Below, piece after piece: positions 63,213 through 64,000 of a stretch of 64,000 nucleotides of DNA (positions are counted from its first letter, which is position 1; every line of letters starts with the position of its first letter). The position numbers and the translations under genes were made by a program. A model generated the notes under the pieces. That model ran no database searches, was not told the origin of the DNA, and worked only from the letters and a program-made list of their open reading frames with translations. The stretch is from a virus. Taxonomy: Duplodnaviria > Caudoviricetes. The DNA is taken from the IMG/VR virus record IMGVR_UViG_2873063797_000001, positions 1-64,000 of that record; one strand, written 5' to 3'.

Positions 63213-64000
63213 ATGGGACGAGAGATCCGCCGCGTACCGCTCGACTTCGAATGGCCGCTCAACAAGGTCTGGGAGGGCTTCCTGATGCCCGACCGCTTCG
63301 ACGAAGTCGACTGCTCCGACTGCAAGAACGGCTACTCGCCGCAGGCCCAGAACTTGTATGACCTCTGGTACGGCTACCTGCCGTTCGACCCGGCCAGCAC
63401 CGGGTCGACGCCGTGGCGCCACGACAGCCCAGGCGTGAGGGCGTTCGCCGAGCGCAACGTCACCCAGGCGCCGGACTACTACGGCAGCGGCGAGGCCGCC
63501 ATCGTGCGCGAAGGTCAGCGGCTGGCGAGCCTGTGGAACGGCCAGTGGTCCCACCACCTCTCCCAAGAGGACGTGGATGCGCTGGTCGCCGCTGACCGGC
63601 TTCGCGACTTCACTCACACCTGGAGCCGCGAGGACGGCTGGCAGCCGAAGGAACCGTCGGTCGCACCGACGGCCGCCGAGGTCAACGAGTGGTCACTGCG
63701 CGGCATGGGACACGACAGCATCAACGCCCACGTGGTGATCGAAGCCCGCTGCGAGCGCGAGGGTGTCGAGACCCGGTGCCCGACCTGCAAGGGCCACGGC
63801 AGTATGGAGAAGTACGAGGGACAGCGCGCCGAGGCCGAAGCGTGGGAGCCCACGGACCCGCCGAAGGGCGACGGCTGGCAGCTCTGGGAGACCGTGAGCG
63901 AAGGCTCGCCCGTCAGCCCCGTGTTCGCGACAGCCGATGATCTGGCCGGTTGGATGTCTGACCCGGAGCGCGGCGACCGTTGGGTGCCGGGCGACGTGGC
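63213..64000 (+). CDS. Array gene 7, phage hypothetical protein (partial, runs off the window)
   Basis: MGREIRRVPLDFEWP...CPTCKGHG...WQLWETVSEGSPVSPVF; open to the window end. Confidence 0.8.
   Translation, partial: MGREIRRVPLDFEWPLNKVWEGFLMPDRFDEVDCSDCKNGYSPQAQNLYDLWYGYLPFDPASTGSTPWRHDSPGVRAFAERNVTQAPDYYGSGEAAIVREGQRLASLWNGQWSHHLSQEDVDALVAADRLRDFTHTWSREDGWQPKEPSVAPTAAEVNEWSLRGMGHDSINAHVVIEARCEREGVETRCPTCKGHGSMEKYEGQRAEAEAWEPTDPPKGDGWQLWETVSEGSPVSPVFATADDLAGWMSDPERGDRWVPGDV

Larger units (their letters stand above)
62159..63215 (+). repeat. Six direct junction repeats, consensus gccaccGAGAAGTGAGGacaccgaccATG
   Basis: Copies at about 62159, 62455, 62646, 62821, 62994, 63187; each carries the upstream TGA, an RBS and the downstream ATG. 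Confidence 0.92.
1..64000. mobile_element. Actinobacterial temperate phage / phage-plasmid region (non-structural arm); both ends lie outside the window
   Basis: Terminase, Bet, SSB, RuvC-like, WhiB-like, DNA MTases, ParAB, Rep-like genes and dense translationally coupled small ORFs; no host core genes. Confidence 0.93.

Noticed and set aside
62159-63215. CRISPR array reading of the junction repeats
   Set aside because: Spacers are about 140-270 bp complete ORFs of variable length; the repeats are non-palindromic and contain stop/RBS/start; no cas genes
1-64000. tRNA, rRNA, attL/attR or transposase
   Set aside because: No cloverleaf, rRNA-like sequence, DDE/IS gene or boundary duplication recognised by eye; the element ends are outside the window

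Overview
The whole window is one very GC-rich, Streptomyces-type (pro)phage or phage-plasmid segment, and I see no host housekeeping genes. It covers the non-structural part of the genome. Left to right: terminase large and small subunits (-); a plasmid-style transfer module (FtsK/TraB-like ATPase, two helical-hairpin proteins, Spd-like membrane protein, divergent GntR/Kor-like repressor); a lambda-O-like initiator carrying internal palindromic iterons, plus a degenerate DnaB-like gene; many small phage genes; a TrmB/LuxR regulator divergent from a secreted 3x DTAWG repeat peptide, with a nearby secreted metzincin protease; ssb, WhiB-like and RuvC-like genes; ParB plus a motif-permuted ParA with three copies of a 16-bp palindrome (candidate parS); DciA-like and second Rep-like genes; two tandem C5 DNA methyltransferases; Bet/RecT; a stand-alone WYL protein; three tyrosine-recombinase-like genes with non-canonical catalytic residues beside a perfect 18-bp inverted repeat; and at the right edge an array of small genes joined by six copies of a conserved ~23-29 bp stop-RBS-start repeat. 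Family names come from motif recognition by eye, not database searches. Many start codons were re-assigned from the ORF track using RBS and stop/start overlaps.
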